Of a stretch of 64,000 bases of DNA, positions 27,844 through 42,500 are shown piece by piece (the stretch's first letter is position 1; every line of letters starts with the position of its first letter). The stretch is from assembly GCA_951406725.2 (NCBI GenBank), contig OX597815.1, forward strand, positions 106,082,001 through 106,146,000, read 5' to 3'. Source of the stretch: Octopus vulgaris. Taxonomy: Eukaryota. The notes below the pieces were generated by a model. The model was not told the origin of the DNA, did no database searches, and saw only the letters and a program-made list of their open reading frames with translations. The position numbers and the translations under genes were made by a program.

Positions 27844-30800
27844 AATAATAATAATGATAATAATAATAATAATAATAATAAGCTGACAGTTCAGTGGCCG
27901 AAAGCCATAGAAACACTAATATGGGCCAGTTTAGCAACGGGGAAAAATAACTCTCAAAGACTGGAACGTCTACAATACCTCGTGAGTATTTGAAATTCTC
28001 TTCAAAGTGGGTTAAGAAATTTACAAATTTACATATCTGCAGCTTTCAAACATACATCCAATCGGCTTTAAAAACTTTAATACCCACAACTGCCTCTGTA
28101 AGCACCCTTTTTTTTTTTTTTTTTTTTTTTTCTCTCTAAAAACATCACGCTTTTCTTTTTGTGGACTTGCAAAACCCTAAAACTTTCTATGAAAATCTGA
28201 CTTTTCTTTGCTTCCTCCCAGAATATTCAAATATAAATGTAAACATATACTTTTTATTGCAAAAACACACCTGTTCTTCTAACTGGACATACAAACATCT
28301 CTAGAGGGGTCAACTTCAACCTCCACAATATTACCTTGCACGAAATATACAAACACTTTTTATTGCAATAACACAAACGCACATGGAAAAAATAATGATG
28401 CTAAGATTCTCTCTGGTCGAACACAACTACTCTATTCACAAATAATACAGAACAGCCCTTCAAAATAAGTTAAGAAAATTTACAAATTTACATATCTACA
28501 GTTTTCAATCATACATTCGACCAGCTTTAAAAACTTTGATACCCACAATTGCCTCTGTAAACATCCTTTTTTTTTTTTCTTCTCTCTAAAAACATCACGC
28601 TTTTCTTTTTGTGGACTTGCAAAACCCTAAAACTTTCTATGAAAATCTGACTTTTCTTTGCTTCCTCCCTGAATATTCAAATATAAATGTAAACATATAC
28701 TTTTTATTGTAAAAACACACCTGTTCTTCTAACTGGACATACAAACATCTCTAGAAAAGTCAACTTCAACCTCCACAATATTACCTTACACGAAATATAC
28801 AAACACTTTTTATTGCAATAACACAAACGCACATGGAAAAAAAAAACATGATGATGCTAAGATTCTCTCTGGTCAAACACAACTTCTCTATTCACAAACA
28901 ATACAGAACATCCCTTCCTTAATTTTTCTTAAGCCTAATAGTAGTAAACATCTGAACTTTTTTTGACCGATAGGACCCCACCTAAAAATAAAAAAAATTA
29001 AAATATCACTGATGGTGATGATGATAATAATGATAGTAATAGTGCTGATAATCTATCTATCTATCTACACACACACACACACACTCAAAGAGTTCAACCA
29101 ACACAAACCTCACCTCCGCTCTATTGTTAACCAAATATGAAAGTATTATTTGACAGGCAGGAACTCTGGCATTGAAGACAGTCAGCCAGCTAACCACCAA
29201 GCCAGCCAACGAGACAGACGGACATTACTGTGATGGTGATAATGATAAAAAAACAAAAATAACAATAATAAGATACTGCTGTGACTACACATAAAACAAT
29301 ATCATTGATGATGATGGTGGTGATGGTGATGGTGATGATGATGATAACGATGATGGTAATGGTGGTGATAATGGTGATAGTAATGGTGATGATAACAATA
29401 ATAAGCCGACTACAGCTGCTATAATGGTACGATTATAATTGTAACGGCAATGATGGCCGTCTCCCCACGAGCCAATCAAAGCTAAAAAATGATAACATTA
29501 TCGTAGCACCAAAATGTTTTTGGAAACTAAAAGGAAAACTAAATCAGTATACCAAATCGCTTGTCCTATGGTTAATCTGGAAGCGCGTCCCCCAGGGAAG
29601 AGTCAGCCTGGGATCGAAAAGTCATCAACTGGCACAAACTCTTCTCCGAATACGGACATGGATGGTCACTTGAACGGGAAATCCCCCAACTCGAGCCCTC
29701 CAAGTTCACCACCACAACCACCACAGAAAGAAAAATGTAAGCGGAACAAATGGACCCGAGAAGAGTATAAAGAAGTAATATACGCTTATTACTATGCATT
29801 AGGTAGGCCATCTCAAGAGAGACACACCGCAAACTCTTACAGTATATGGAGAACACGGAATCAAGACAGTAGGCCCTATTTGGACGAGAACAAATTGGCA
29901 AATGTGAGGAGGGATATCCTTAGAAATAACAGACTCACAGACAGTGAAATAAGCGCGATCAAGCACGCAACGGAAAATGACATAAATATAAGACACAAAG
30001 GAAATGAAGAATCAGATGAACAGTATAGCCCGCCACGAGGCTTAATTGAAAGACTGCCATCTGACCAAAGTACGCAAAGGCCTGAAGATACAAGAAATTC
30101 TATTGCACCTGTTAAAGATAGCCAGGAAAACGAAAAAACAGCAGTAACTGAAGATCTCGCATTTGCTGAAGAACACAGAGAGTCTATGGCAGAAATGAGG
30201 CAGAAAATCCTGAATACGCTTGAAGTTGTAAGACATACAAGTATGAATGATAGAGAACCACTTCATAAACTCTCAAATACAAACCAAAATAAAAAACAAA
30301 TCCAAATTGGCAACTATGTAACAAATGAAATAATACGAGAATTAAAACCTGATTTTACTGAGTTAAATGAAATTATTTACGCTTCTGCTAGGGCAATTGA
30401 AACCAGCTGTATGCCCCCGAAAAAACAAAGAAAACCAAACCTGGAGAAGTAAAATTGAAAAAGAGATTGAATTTATGAGAGGGGAAATATCAATATTAAA
30501 TGAACTAATATGTGGAAATGATGTAAGATCCAGAACAGGAAGAAAGATGAAGAGAAAATTTGGATCCTCACCAAGAGAAGAACTGATATCAATAAAAGAA
30601 ACGCTGAAACAAAAAGTCCAAGCAAAAGCCCAAAGAATATGAAGATTTGAGAAGAGAAACAAGTTTTACAAGCAAAATAAGCTGTTCACATCCAATGCCA
30701 AAAAATTCTACAGAGAAATAGGGAAGGAGAAAGTAACCGTTAAAGACCCCCCTCCCATGGAAGAAGTTCAAAACTTTTGGAAAAGGATTTGGAGTGACAA

Positions 30801-33392
30801 GAAGACGTACAACATAAATGCAGACTGGATTATACAAACTGAAGGATCCTACCAAAATTTACAACAACAAGCATGGGAAGACATCACAATAGCAGACCTA
30901 AGAAAGGCACTCACGAAGGCCCATAATTGGAAATCCCCCGGTAAAGATAGGGTGCCGAATTTCTGGCTCGCATCGCTCCCATGCGCACACGGTAAGCTAG
31001 TTCAGCTGCTCAATGGAATTATGAGAGACCCAAAGAAAACACCAGAATGGTTAGCAAGTGGCATTACTTACCTACTCCCAAAGAATAACGAAACCAACCT
31101 TCCAAAAAACTATCGGCCTATAACCTGTCTATCCACCACGTATAAAATCCTAACATCTATCCTGGCGGAGAAAGCATATGCATTCATGGAGAAGAACGAT
31201 ATTTTCCCCATCGAACAAAAAGGGTGCCGCCGAGGCTCTTACGGATGCAAAGATCAACTGCTAATCAATCGTATGATCCTTGAGAACTGTCACAACAAGT
31301 GCAGAAATCTCAGCACCGCATGGATTGACTATAAAAAGGCCTTCGACAGTATACCGCATCCATGGATCTTGAGAACGCTGGACATCTTCAAAATTTCCCC
31401 TGTGATTTCAAACTTCCTGAAGCACAATATGTCGTTGTGGAATACGAATCTCCAATTATACCACTCTAATGGAGTACTTGCCTCAGAAAATATAAACATC
31501 AACTGTGGAATTTTTCAAGGTGACTCACTTTCACCTTTAATATTCTGCATAGCCCTAATACCCCTTACAAGTGAATTAAACAGAACAGGGTATGGGTATA
31601 AAATTGCCAATAAAAAAACAAGCCATCTATTTTATATGGATGACTTAAAACTCTATGGTAAAGACAATAATGAACTTGAAGGCCTATTGCGCACTGTGAA
31701 AGCATTCAGCGATGACATCGGGATGGAGTTTGGACTTGAGAAGTGTGCCAAGGCCACTTTCCAGAAAGGGAAAGTGAAGACCACAAATTCAGTCATGTTA
31801 GATGTTGACACAGTCATAAGAGAGCTTGAGCAAGAACAAACATACAAATATTTAGGGATAAATGAAGGCTCTGGTATTCATTATGCAAGCATGAAAGAGA
31901 AGATCAGGAAGGAATATTATAGGAGAGTTCGTGCAGTCCTGAGATCTGAACTAAATGCACGTAACAAGGTGTTAGCTATAAATTCCTTAGCAGTTCCAGT
32001 TGTTACTTATACCTACAATGTATTGAACTGGAATATGAGTGAAGTAAAGAATATAGATAGGAAAATACGCAAGCTGCTGAGTTGTAATAGGATGCACCAC
32101 CCAAAGGCAGACGTAGATCGCCTTTACCTTCCCAGAGCCCAAGGAGGTCGAGGCCTGATCCAATTTGAACTAGCTTACAAAACAACCACAATTGGACTGG
32201 CCAAATATCTCGAAATAACGAATGACTGGATGCTAAAGCTCGTGGAAAATCACGAGAGACGAAAGAAGCTTCATTCTATCCTAAAGGAAAGCAAAAAATT
32301 TGCTATTGATCTCGTGCAGGATACCTAAACTGAACAACCCGAGGGAAGTACGGCAACTATTGTTGCAAAGAAGGTAAAAATAATGGCAACGAAAAAAGCG
32401 CACGAGCAATTGGCTGATAGGTGGGAGGAGAAACCTCTGCACGGCAAATATGTGGCCCGCAGCAAACAAGCTGATGTTGACCAGAAGCAAACCCATCAGT
32501 GGCTACGGAGCTCAGGGCTAAAAGCAGAGAGCGAAGGTTTCATCCTGGCTGCTCAAGATCAAAGCCTATTAACCCGGAACTACCAGGCCAATGTGATGAA
32601 AAATGGAGCAGACCCAAAATGCCGATTCTGCAACGACATGATTGAAACAGTGGACCACCTAATCTCTGGATGTAAAGTCTTAGCACCAGTGGAGTATAAA
32701 TTAAGACATGACAGAGTTGGCCAATATCTACACTGGCTAATAAGTCGCCATTACAATATCAAAACTGCCGACAAGTGGTATAATCACCACCCTGAGGCTG
32801 TAACTGAAGGAGAAAATGTAACCATTCTGTGGGACTTTCCAGTACATACAGACCGAACCATCAAGGCCAATAAACCAGATATTGTTGTGAAAGACCAAAA
32901 CAATAAAGTTTGCTTATTGATCGACATGAGCATCCCCTGTGATCATAATATCTCAGAGAAAGAATTTGACAAGCTCAGAAAATATAAAGACCTACTCATT
33001 GAAATTGAGAAAATGTGGCATCTCAAGGCGGTTACAATACCAGTGATCGTAGGAGCACTAGGAATGATCAAGAAGGGAACCGAAAATTATATGAGAATGA
33101 TCCCTGGCTTACCATCCCTGCAAGAAGTGCAAAAGATTGTCTTAACTGGTACATCACACGTATTGAGAAGAACATTGTCGATGTGAGAACTGTTGCTGCT
33201 CATGTATTTTAATTTAAGTTTTAAAAAATAAATAAATAAAAAAAAAATTTTTTTTTAAATGAACGAACTATTGAGTTTGGTTTAATGGCCTACCAATGTA
33301 TACTATGAGTTTCTTTGCCCTAGGAGTCGGGAAGACACTCGGCAAGAAATGGAAGCAAATTTGAAAGAAGGAAAAAAAAAGTAATGATAATA

Positions 33393-33441
<49 letters not shown>

Positions 33442-36400
33442 TAATAATAAATATTCTTTAAACCTTATCAGTTTAAACAAAGACCTCTTCTTTACAAGAT
33501 TTATAAACTATATTTTTTATTTCTCTCCTCAGAACATGTTAAAGGCAGCTTGCATTTACAGAAGACAGGTTTTTGAGGTCCTCAGTGTTCCAATTAAGAC
33601 ATTAGAACAATTAAATAATATATTGTATGTTTTGCAACAAATACGAGATATGCAGAACAAAATTGATCAAATTTATTTACCAATTGAATTGGCCTACCAC
33701 AAGTTGTTGTAAGTAGTCTGATGGATTTTTTTTATTCCTAAATAAATGTTGATTTGTTACATAAAATTTGGTTTTGGATGATTGATCTTCTTTGTTGTTG
33801 TTTTCATTAGTTGTAATTTATTTTGTAATTCCAGGCAGACTTAACTGAACTTGTTGAAACTATACCTGTACCATTCTGTGTCCATTTACTTAGTGATTCT
33901 TCCAGCATGTTCAATTATGTTTATGCTTCACTGACGAGATAACATGTCTAGAGTTATTTCTTGTACCTGCTAAAAGAATAAAAATAATATTAACCAGTGA
34001 TTAATGATGATTTTTCTTGCTGCATAATTATTTCTAGTTAACTCTTTAATTCTCTCTGCAGTGAATATGTTAACTCTTACTTAGCTATTATTTTTTTGTG
34101 TTGCTGTCATATCTTTATATGTTCATTTTGCAAAAGGACTTCCTGAGAAAATTTCACTTTTTTTTAATTACCTAATTTGTGGATCAAAATCTATATATAT
34201 TTTCTGTGATAGTAAGTTACATCTGTTAAGTATTGCAGTATCGGTGGAAGAGGCTGAAAGAAAAAAACCATGCATCTGTAAGTTAGTGATTGTAATGTTT
34301 TGGCCAGTGAATTTTTTGTCCATTAGTCTCATGGCATTTTTTTAGAGTCAATCTAAGATGTTTGTATGTGCATAACAGCACTCTGTTCCATGCATATGAG
34401 CAGTACTCCCCTATGGATCTTACTTGAGCATCTGATTGAAACTGTACTTGAAACTTGGCTCACAATCAAAAACTAGCTATAAAGTGTGAATAAGGACAAA
34501 GGATTTATTTTTAAAAGTATTTTGAATACTGAACCTCTTTTAGATGTAGTACTTATTTTTTCCATTAAGATAGGAGAAATTTAGTACTTATTTTGTTTTG
34601 TTAACAAAGGAGAAATTCTATTTGAAGGAAATATTGTGTGCCACTTCCTCGGTCTGAAATTAAAGAAGTTGAAGATTTACGAAACAACTGGAATTATCTC
34701 ACTGAATTAGCTGAAGCAACTGAAAAATATATTTTTACTGATAAACGGCTAACATTTGAACAGGAAATCCATCGTGAAAATATGGTAAGTCACAGAGCAA
34801 TACAAACATAATGTTTATAGAAATAAGTAGATTTGTACAAAACATCTTGTGGTGCCATGTGACTCTACTTCTTACAGTTTGTCTTAATGGCATCAGTTGC
34901 TCCAATATAAAATTTTAAAATTGCAGGTCATTTCTTCTGGCATAGAAAAATAAATACAAAATAGTAATCAATCTTCTTTGTCATGTTTGTGTTTTCAGAA
35001 TGACACACTGGTCAAACCCACACCAACATTGATGCATTCATTTGTCTGTATTTGTGCAAGTATGAAGAACATACTTAATGTGTGTATGTTATACATACAC
35101 ACCCATACACACATTTATGTGTGTGTGTGTGTGTGTATGTATATATATATATATATAGGGGTTAGACAAAATGATGGAAACACCTTAAAATTTCAAACAA
35201 ATTTATTTTAATATGGGGCAGTAATTACAGCTTGAATTCTATGAGGTTTGGACTCGTACAAAGTTTGAATTGTTTCCAAAGGAATTTTTGTTCCTTCTTC
35301 AGCTAAAACAGTCTCCAGTTCTTGTAGTGATGATGGTGGAGGATATCGACTCCTTATTTGTTTTTCTAAAATGCACCATAAATGTTCAATTATATTGAGA
35401 TCTGAGGACTGTGCTGGCCAGATAAGATGTTCAACTTCACTAGAATGTTCCTCGTACTATTCAGTAACAACTTTTGCTGTGTGAATTGGTGCATTATCAT
35501 CTTGAAATCCAGAAACTGTTCCCCACCTACCCAGAAACAGTTCCGCAACCATAGGATGAATTTGATCAGATAAAATGCTTAAATAGTCTTGACTATTTAT
35601 TCTGCCATGAAGGGAAACCATTGGGCCGGTGGATTTTCAAGATATAGCCCCCACCCCACATCACCCCAATCATCACAGTTGGAAGAAGGCAGTCTGGGTC
35701 GAATGCTTCTTTTGGCTGTCTCCACATGTATACTCGGCCAGTGATAGGAAATAAAGTAAAGGATGACTTGTCCGAGAAAATAACATTCTTCCACTGTTCT
35801 AGGGACCAATTTGGTAGGTTTTTATTCCACTCTAAATGCTTTGCAACGTTTGTTTTTGAAAGTAGTGGTTTTCTGATTGCAGCCCTCCTGTGAAATCCAG
35901 ATTTGTGCAGCTCCCAGCAAACAGTTTTTGTGGAAACTGGGTCCTCAAGATAGTCATTAAGCTCTGCAGTAATTTTGGGAGCTGTACTTTTGTGATCCTT
36001 TCCAACAATTTGCGTAAGAATCCAATGGTCCCTATCTGACAGTTTTGGTTTTCTTCCAGATTTTTGTTTCAACGAGGAGGTTTTTCCCTTTTTCTCAAAG
36101 GCTGTCATTACTTTCGAGACAGTACTTCTTGATACACCAAACATTTTGGCTGTTTTCATTAAGCTAGTGCCTGCCATACGAGCACAAACAACTTGACCTT
36201 TTTGAAAGTCCGATAGATCTGTCACTTTAATGAATTTTAATTACCTTTTTCTGATGAAATTGCAAAATAATAATAAAAACGTATATATTTGGTATACCAA
36301 ATATATACGTTTTTATTATTATTTTGCAATTTACTTAATCATCAGTATATTATTTTTATTATATTTTTAATATTTCTATTATATGTAATTTTCTAGATGG

Positions 36401-36516
36401 TGTTATTTAATTGTTCATTTTGAATTGATAAAAGGTAGGTTTTTTCTAATTTTTATATATATATTATATTTTGTGAAATTTGTTTTCCCTGTAAGTTAGG
36501 AATAATGCTCCCTCAA

Positions 36517-36563
<47 letters not shown>

Positions 36564-39500
36564 CTTTTATTTTCAGGCATTTGTTGTTAAAGTAATACAG
36601 TTCAGAAATTCTTTTGATGGAGAAGGTCCCAATATCCCAGATTCAAGTCCTGAAGAGACTGTTGAAAGATTAGATAAATTTCAGGAGGAATGTTTAAACC
36701 TAAAGAAGGAAAGGGAGACACTTGAAACTGTATCTAAAACATTTGGAGTGTTAATTGATACATTTACAGAACTTGACCAAACTGAAGAGGTAAAATATAT
36801 CTTTTGTCTTATTCTTAGAACATGAATAAAAGAATAGTTACAGTTTCACAGAATAAAGTTAGTTTTCTATATCATCATCCAATATGGAATTTATTCTCTT
36901 TTCCATTTTATATTTCTTTCATTTTATCAATGTGTTACGTATCTGAAATAATTCCATACATCATAAAATAATGTTAATATGCATGTTGACATGCTCATTG
37001 TATTCAAGTATAAATGTATAAGATCAAAGGATAAGCTTAGTTTTAGTGGGTGCTTTTGGAAAAGCAATACATTTGTAGTGTATTTCACTTAATGAGATAC
37101 ATTTCTGCTGATTTGGTGCCAATGTGACTTTATTATCAAATATCCTAGTGTATAGGAACTCAGTTTTAAAGGACAACAAAATTTACATCCTTACAAATGC
37201 ATAATTATATTGCTAAATAAGAGCCGTGAACTTGGACATAATAATAATAATAATCCATGTGATCTAAGAATGATTTGGAACATATATTTTTTAATAGACT
37301 TGTACTGAAGAAATACACTGTACACTATCAAAATGTTAAACTTGAGAACAAAATCAAAATTAGCAGGAAAGTATAGCCTCTCTTGAATCAGTGACAATTT
37401 GAAAATTTTCAATCTAAGAATAAAAATTAATTGATCTTGGGAAAATTGCTTGATAAGAGATATAAAAAAACTTATGCCATGTCTTTTATGGTAAACTGTG
37501 TAATCTGCATCTTCCCACAAAATACTATAGTAGTGATGGCACAATGTTTTGTGAATATACTATGCCATTTAATATAGAAACTTTTGAAGCAATACTGTTG
37601 TACAATATGTTCACACCTTAAAATATTTATTGAATATCAAAATCATAAATTCTACCAACTTTCCTTGTGCATTCAGGGTGATGACACCATTATATGTATG
37701 CAAGCACCCTTTAACTTCAACTTAAATCATTTAGCTATATAATTACCAGACTGTGTACCATTAAGCTTCTATCATCATGTACTAAATCATACCTGAGGCT
37801 AAACACCACCCCCTATTGATCTAATATTATCTTGTTCAGAAAACATAAAAAATTTGCATTTTTATGCAAGACGGATGTTCAGCCAACATAAACACCTTAA
37901 AGTCCATGAAAAAGAAAGGAATATTTATGGTCTTTACCTACAATTTCTTTTCACATTTCTTTATAATTACAATTAAGGTTCTCAAATGTTGAAGAGAAAC
38001 ACTAAATGGAAGTTTAAGTAGAACAGACAATTAAATATACAAGACTTTCCTAAAGTTTGCCATATGAGTGTATGCATTTTTGTCTAATTTTGATGGTGTA
38101 GGATGGATCTTTGTTGAATAAGTCTAAAGAATTGAAATACAGAAAAAAAATGATTATACACGCACATATATATGTTAATACATATGTACACATGGTTGAT
38201 GTATTTAAATCATCAGTTCCTTATCATTTGTAGGATCTGAAGATGGTATATTCCTTGTATGACCTCTACATAAGGTTTATTCAGTTTGATGATCAATTTC
38301 AAAATACCTTGTGGTCTGATGTTGATTTCAGAACTGCTGTGAAAATGGTAAGTTTGCCTCCTACAAAATGTCATGTTTCACTGTTAATATTGTGTAGTTT
38401 CTACTACCTTCAAATATTTTATTTCCTATATTATATTTGACTAAAGTTTAACTAAGACCTCATAATTTACTTAAAGCCTTTAATTTCAGGATAGAAATTA
38501 GGTGTCTTGCTGTAGGGTGAGGGTCTTACCAACACGAAAAGTATATTAAAGGGTGAGTTGTCTTATTAAACTGAAAGATCTCACCAAAGGAAGTTGTTTA
38601 ACTCCAACTCAGCCCTGATCAAGCAGACCTATGATCAAAGGCACTCCAACGACAACCTCATCTTTTTCTAAGTGCAGGACACCCAGAACAATTTTATCCA
38701 TCATTTCCTTTTCTACAATAGTGTGGTTGTAATTTGAGAGAATTTGACTGCTACTTTTGCTTAGTCAGATGACCACATAGAGGTTCTCTCTTTGGCTTAA
38801 CAAAAGATGTTTTACTAAAACCAAGGATCTTTCTATATGATCTGTATTACTAAAAGTGAAATATCTTAATTAAAACACTTCATTAAATTACACTATACAT
38901 TTGTGATACTATGTACACTAAAATTATTGAAATGTTATGTAGATATAAATATTTGAGAAATGCTTCATCTCTAAATAGAATGTTAATAAGTTGAAAAACT
39001 TCAAAATATTCAACTCCTGGACAAAAGAAATAGAAACCTGAAGACAGTACTCTTGTATAGTTGTGACCATGGTGGCTGAAACAAACAGAAAAATTAAGGA
39101 AAAGCCTAATGAACTTGACTTAGTTTTCTATAATTTTTTTCTATAAAGGTGGAATTATTTTGGGATGACTACCTATTATTGTCTGAAAAGCTTCAAGAGT
39201 ATAATACTTATCACAGCCTAAAGACTGCCATTACAATGTACCAAGAGACCATTCCAATCTTGAAACTTCTTCATTCAAAGGTAATATATAGATTGGTTAT
39301 TATGCTGGCTGTATATATATGTATGTATGTTTGGCCGTTATCTGAAAGCCTTTTCAAGGTCAATGACTTCTGGGTTTAGTAGCTTGCTCTTAGTTAAGAA
39401 TTTGTCTTGTAGTTGTCTCTCTCAAAAGTATGTATTGATGGTACTCCATCCAATCATAGACCCAAATTGCATCTGATCTGAGTTAATTCTCTTCCAATGC

Positions 39501-42500
39501 TGAAACACTTTTTTCTGTTTCTCATAACTTGGTAAGTTGATACCTCTATAGTTGAGTACCTCCTTGTCTTTGTAGCAATTGACAGTGGTGCTACTACACA
39601 AGTCATTGAGATTATATTACCCATTTGTACTACGTGACTGATTTTGCGAGTATGCTAGATATTTTCAGCATCTCTGAAATTATCCCTGATGATCTTGTTA
39701 TTTACTGCATTCATATCCTTAATGGCTTTTATGACTCTATAGTTGGTCACTTGGTTGTGTTTTTTCAGAGTAATTCCTTTCTTTCCTACTCATTCTCCTC
39801 ATTCAAAAACTTCTCATAGTCTTATTACCATACCTTATTTTCTTTTTCTCAGTGTTAGTGAAGCTGAGTATACTAATACCATAACACATACATTTTTCCC
39901 AATGATTTCCTGATTTACAGCTTTGCAGCCTAGAATTCATGCTTCTGGCCCTCATGTCACAGAACAATCACAAATCTCTATTATTCTCTCCCTTTACTAA
40001 ATTTACTCAACATTTAGCTTCCCATATAGCAACTTGGTATAGCTTTACGCTCTCTTCTTTCTCAACTAAAGCCTTTCTTCATGAATGTTATAAAATGCTT
40101 TCCCTGTTTGATTGTAGACAATTCGTAATCGCCATTGGTTGCAAATAATGACAGTCACAGAGAATACATTTCCTTTAGAAGTAACTGTTTTGAGATTGTC
40201 TCATCTCTTTAATATCAATCTACCCAGGTAACAACCTATTTATTTTTTCTTGAGTCATAATCTACAAACAGGATTTTTTTTTTATCACAGCTATTGCTGT
40301 TGCTGCTGCTGGTGGAGGTGTTGGTTGTCATTGTTAATTCCAGGTTTGCTCTAATCCAGCAGATGTGTAATCAAAAGTGATTCAGCCATATCCATCCTCT
40401 TTTTTCAAACACCAGGCATAATAAATAGACAAATACATTAAGTAATGTATTCTTAATTTTTTTAAATATTATGTTGTTTTAAAGGTGCTCTGTTTACTAT
40501 TTCTAGCAGGTTGACCATGTAGAAACTCTTTTGTTATTGTTGTTATTACTATTATTGTTCTGACATAATATATCTAGAACTACATTATCCTATAATTATG
40601 GATGAGTATGACAAATATTAGAGTGTACCCCCATATTGATCACATTATTTTACTGGCACTTATTTTATCAGCTACATAAGGATAAAATACAAAATTAATC
40701 TCAACAAGATTTGAAATCAAAATGTAAAGGAATGTAATTAAATGCCATGAGTCATATTGTCTTCACTTCAGCATAAGGCAGTGTTGTATCTACTTCCCCA
40801 TTGCCTTATACCTCTCAAACAAATGGCCATGGTAGGACACTGATCAAATGATGAAGTATATTTGGACAGTAAGCAACACATTAATAATGGCTGTGGTTAG
40901 AACTCTGGTCAAATAATGAAGTTTACTATAAAATATTTTGATAGTAAGTTTTGCATTAGCAATATGTATAATCACAATCAATAGCTTAGACAATAAAATT
41001 AACATCAAAATAAAGTGGCTAATTTTAATTACGATTATTATTGACTACCTTGCTTTCTTTCAGATATAAATCTACAGTTGTTGAAATATGCCATGTATCC
41101 ATGAAGGAAATGGAATTGGAGACAATGATGTCCAAAATAGAGGAAGAGTGGACAGAGCAAGAATTGATCTTCAAGAATTATAAAACACTTGGTCCAGTCA
41201 CTCTGGACCACATATTTATTGAAAGACTCTTGGAGCAACTGGAAGATTCTCAAGTTACTTTAGCAAATATGCTGACTTCTCCATATATTTCTCCAATGCA
41301 AGAAGACGTGAATATGTGGACAGAAAAACTGAAAGAACTAGGTTTTATTCTGGAATTGTGGATTGATGTCCAGAAACTCTGGATACACTTGGAAGCAGTT
41401 TTTTCAAATTCATCCGCAAACAAGGTAATAGTGACATTTGTATTGTTAGCAGAAAAGCAGCAATGCTCATAGCCTCTTAAGGTCATCTGAGATCTTATAA
41501 AATTGATGTAGTTTATGTTCAGCTTTGAATATCATACATAAGTTGGTAAAAATTGAACAGCATTGAAATTTCAAAGGTTAGGGGTTCTGTTGAGGCAGAA
41601 TTGTGAGAAACATACAGTGTGAGTCTTTGGAAGTGAGACATTGCAAGGTCAAGTTGGTCTGTGTAGTTCAGAAGAGCAAGGTCAAGTTGGCCTGTGTAGT
41701 TCAGAATCTGTGGTAGATGAAGCAGTGAGAAGGCATCATCATAATCATCATCATTTGATGTCCTCTTTCCATGCTGGCATGTATAGGATGGTTTAACAGG
41801 AAACCCTAATGTCATCTTTGGTATGATTTCTATGGGTGGATGCCCTTCCTAACACCAACCACTAAACAGAGTGCTTTTTAATGCCACTGATACTATCACT
41901 TAAAGTGTACTGAGTGCTTTTTTCATACCACCTGCGCTAGTGAGGTTGCCATGTAACTTGCAAGACAGAAAAGAACAGAAGTATTTGGGAGGGGACAGTG
42001 AAGATGAGTGGCTGTGTGCCAAGTGTTGAAGGCTAAAGTATGATACAGGGACATGCATAGGTGTTGTACTATAGAGGAGATATATGACTGAAGGAGATAA
42101 GAGAAAAGTAGTGATGGTGTGCTAGACCAAACTCTCAAGGAACAGGAACATGAGCATAATAGAGGATGGTAGATTATGAGAGTGGATACTTTCTTAAGAA
42201 TGTGAGGAGGGAATAAACAGATGAAGGTAGAGGTTAGTATAGTGAGTGAAGAACACTGGTATGGATGCAGATGATGGGAAATACCAGAGGGGTGATGTAG
42301 GAAACATAAGAGTGGATCAGGAAGGAGCATAGAATAGAAAGTAGTAGAATTATGTGTTATACAAGTTATGGAGAAGGAGTTATACGAATACATATGAGGC
42401 TATAGTAGGTTGGCTATGATGGTAGATATGGAAGGGTATTGAGAATGGTAACAGATAAGAGAGATGTTTAGAATAGAATACAGCAGAGGGGGAAAAAGGG

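Larger units (their letters stand above)
27881..33380 (+). mobile_element. R4/Dong-clade non-LTR retrotransposon (RT plus restriction-like endonuclease), near full length; 5' boundary uncertain
   Basis: Coding region 29514..33186; A-rich 3' end abutting (TAA)n; (TAA)n also at 27798-27880. Confidence 0.85.

Noticed and set aside
27882-27920. Hammerhead ribozyme (CTGA...GAAA)
   Set aside because: The core reads CTGACAG, not CTGANGA, and stems I and III could not be closed.
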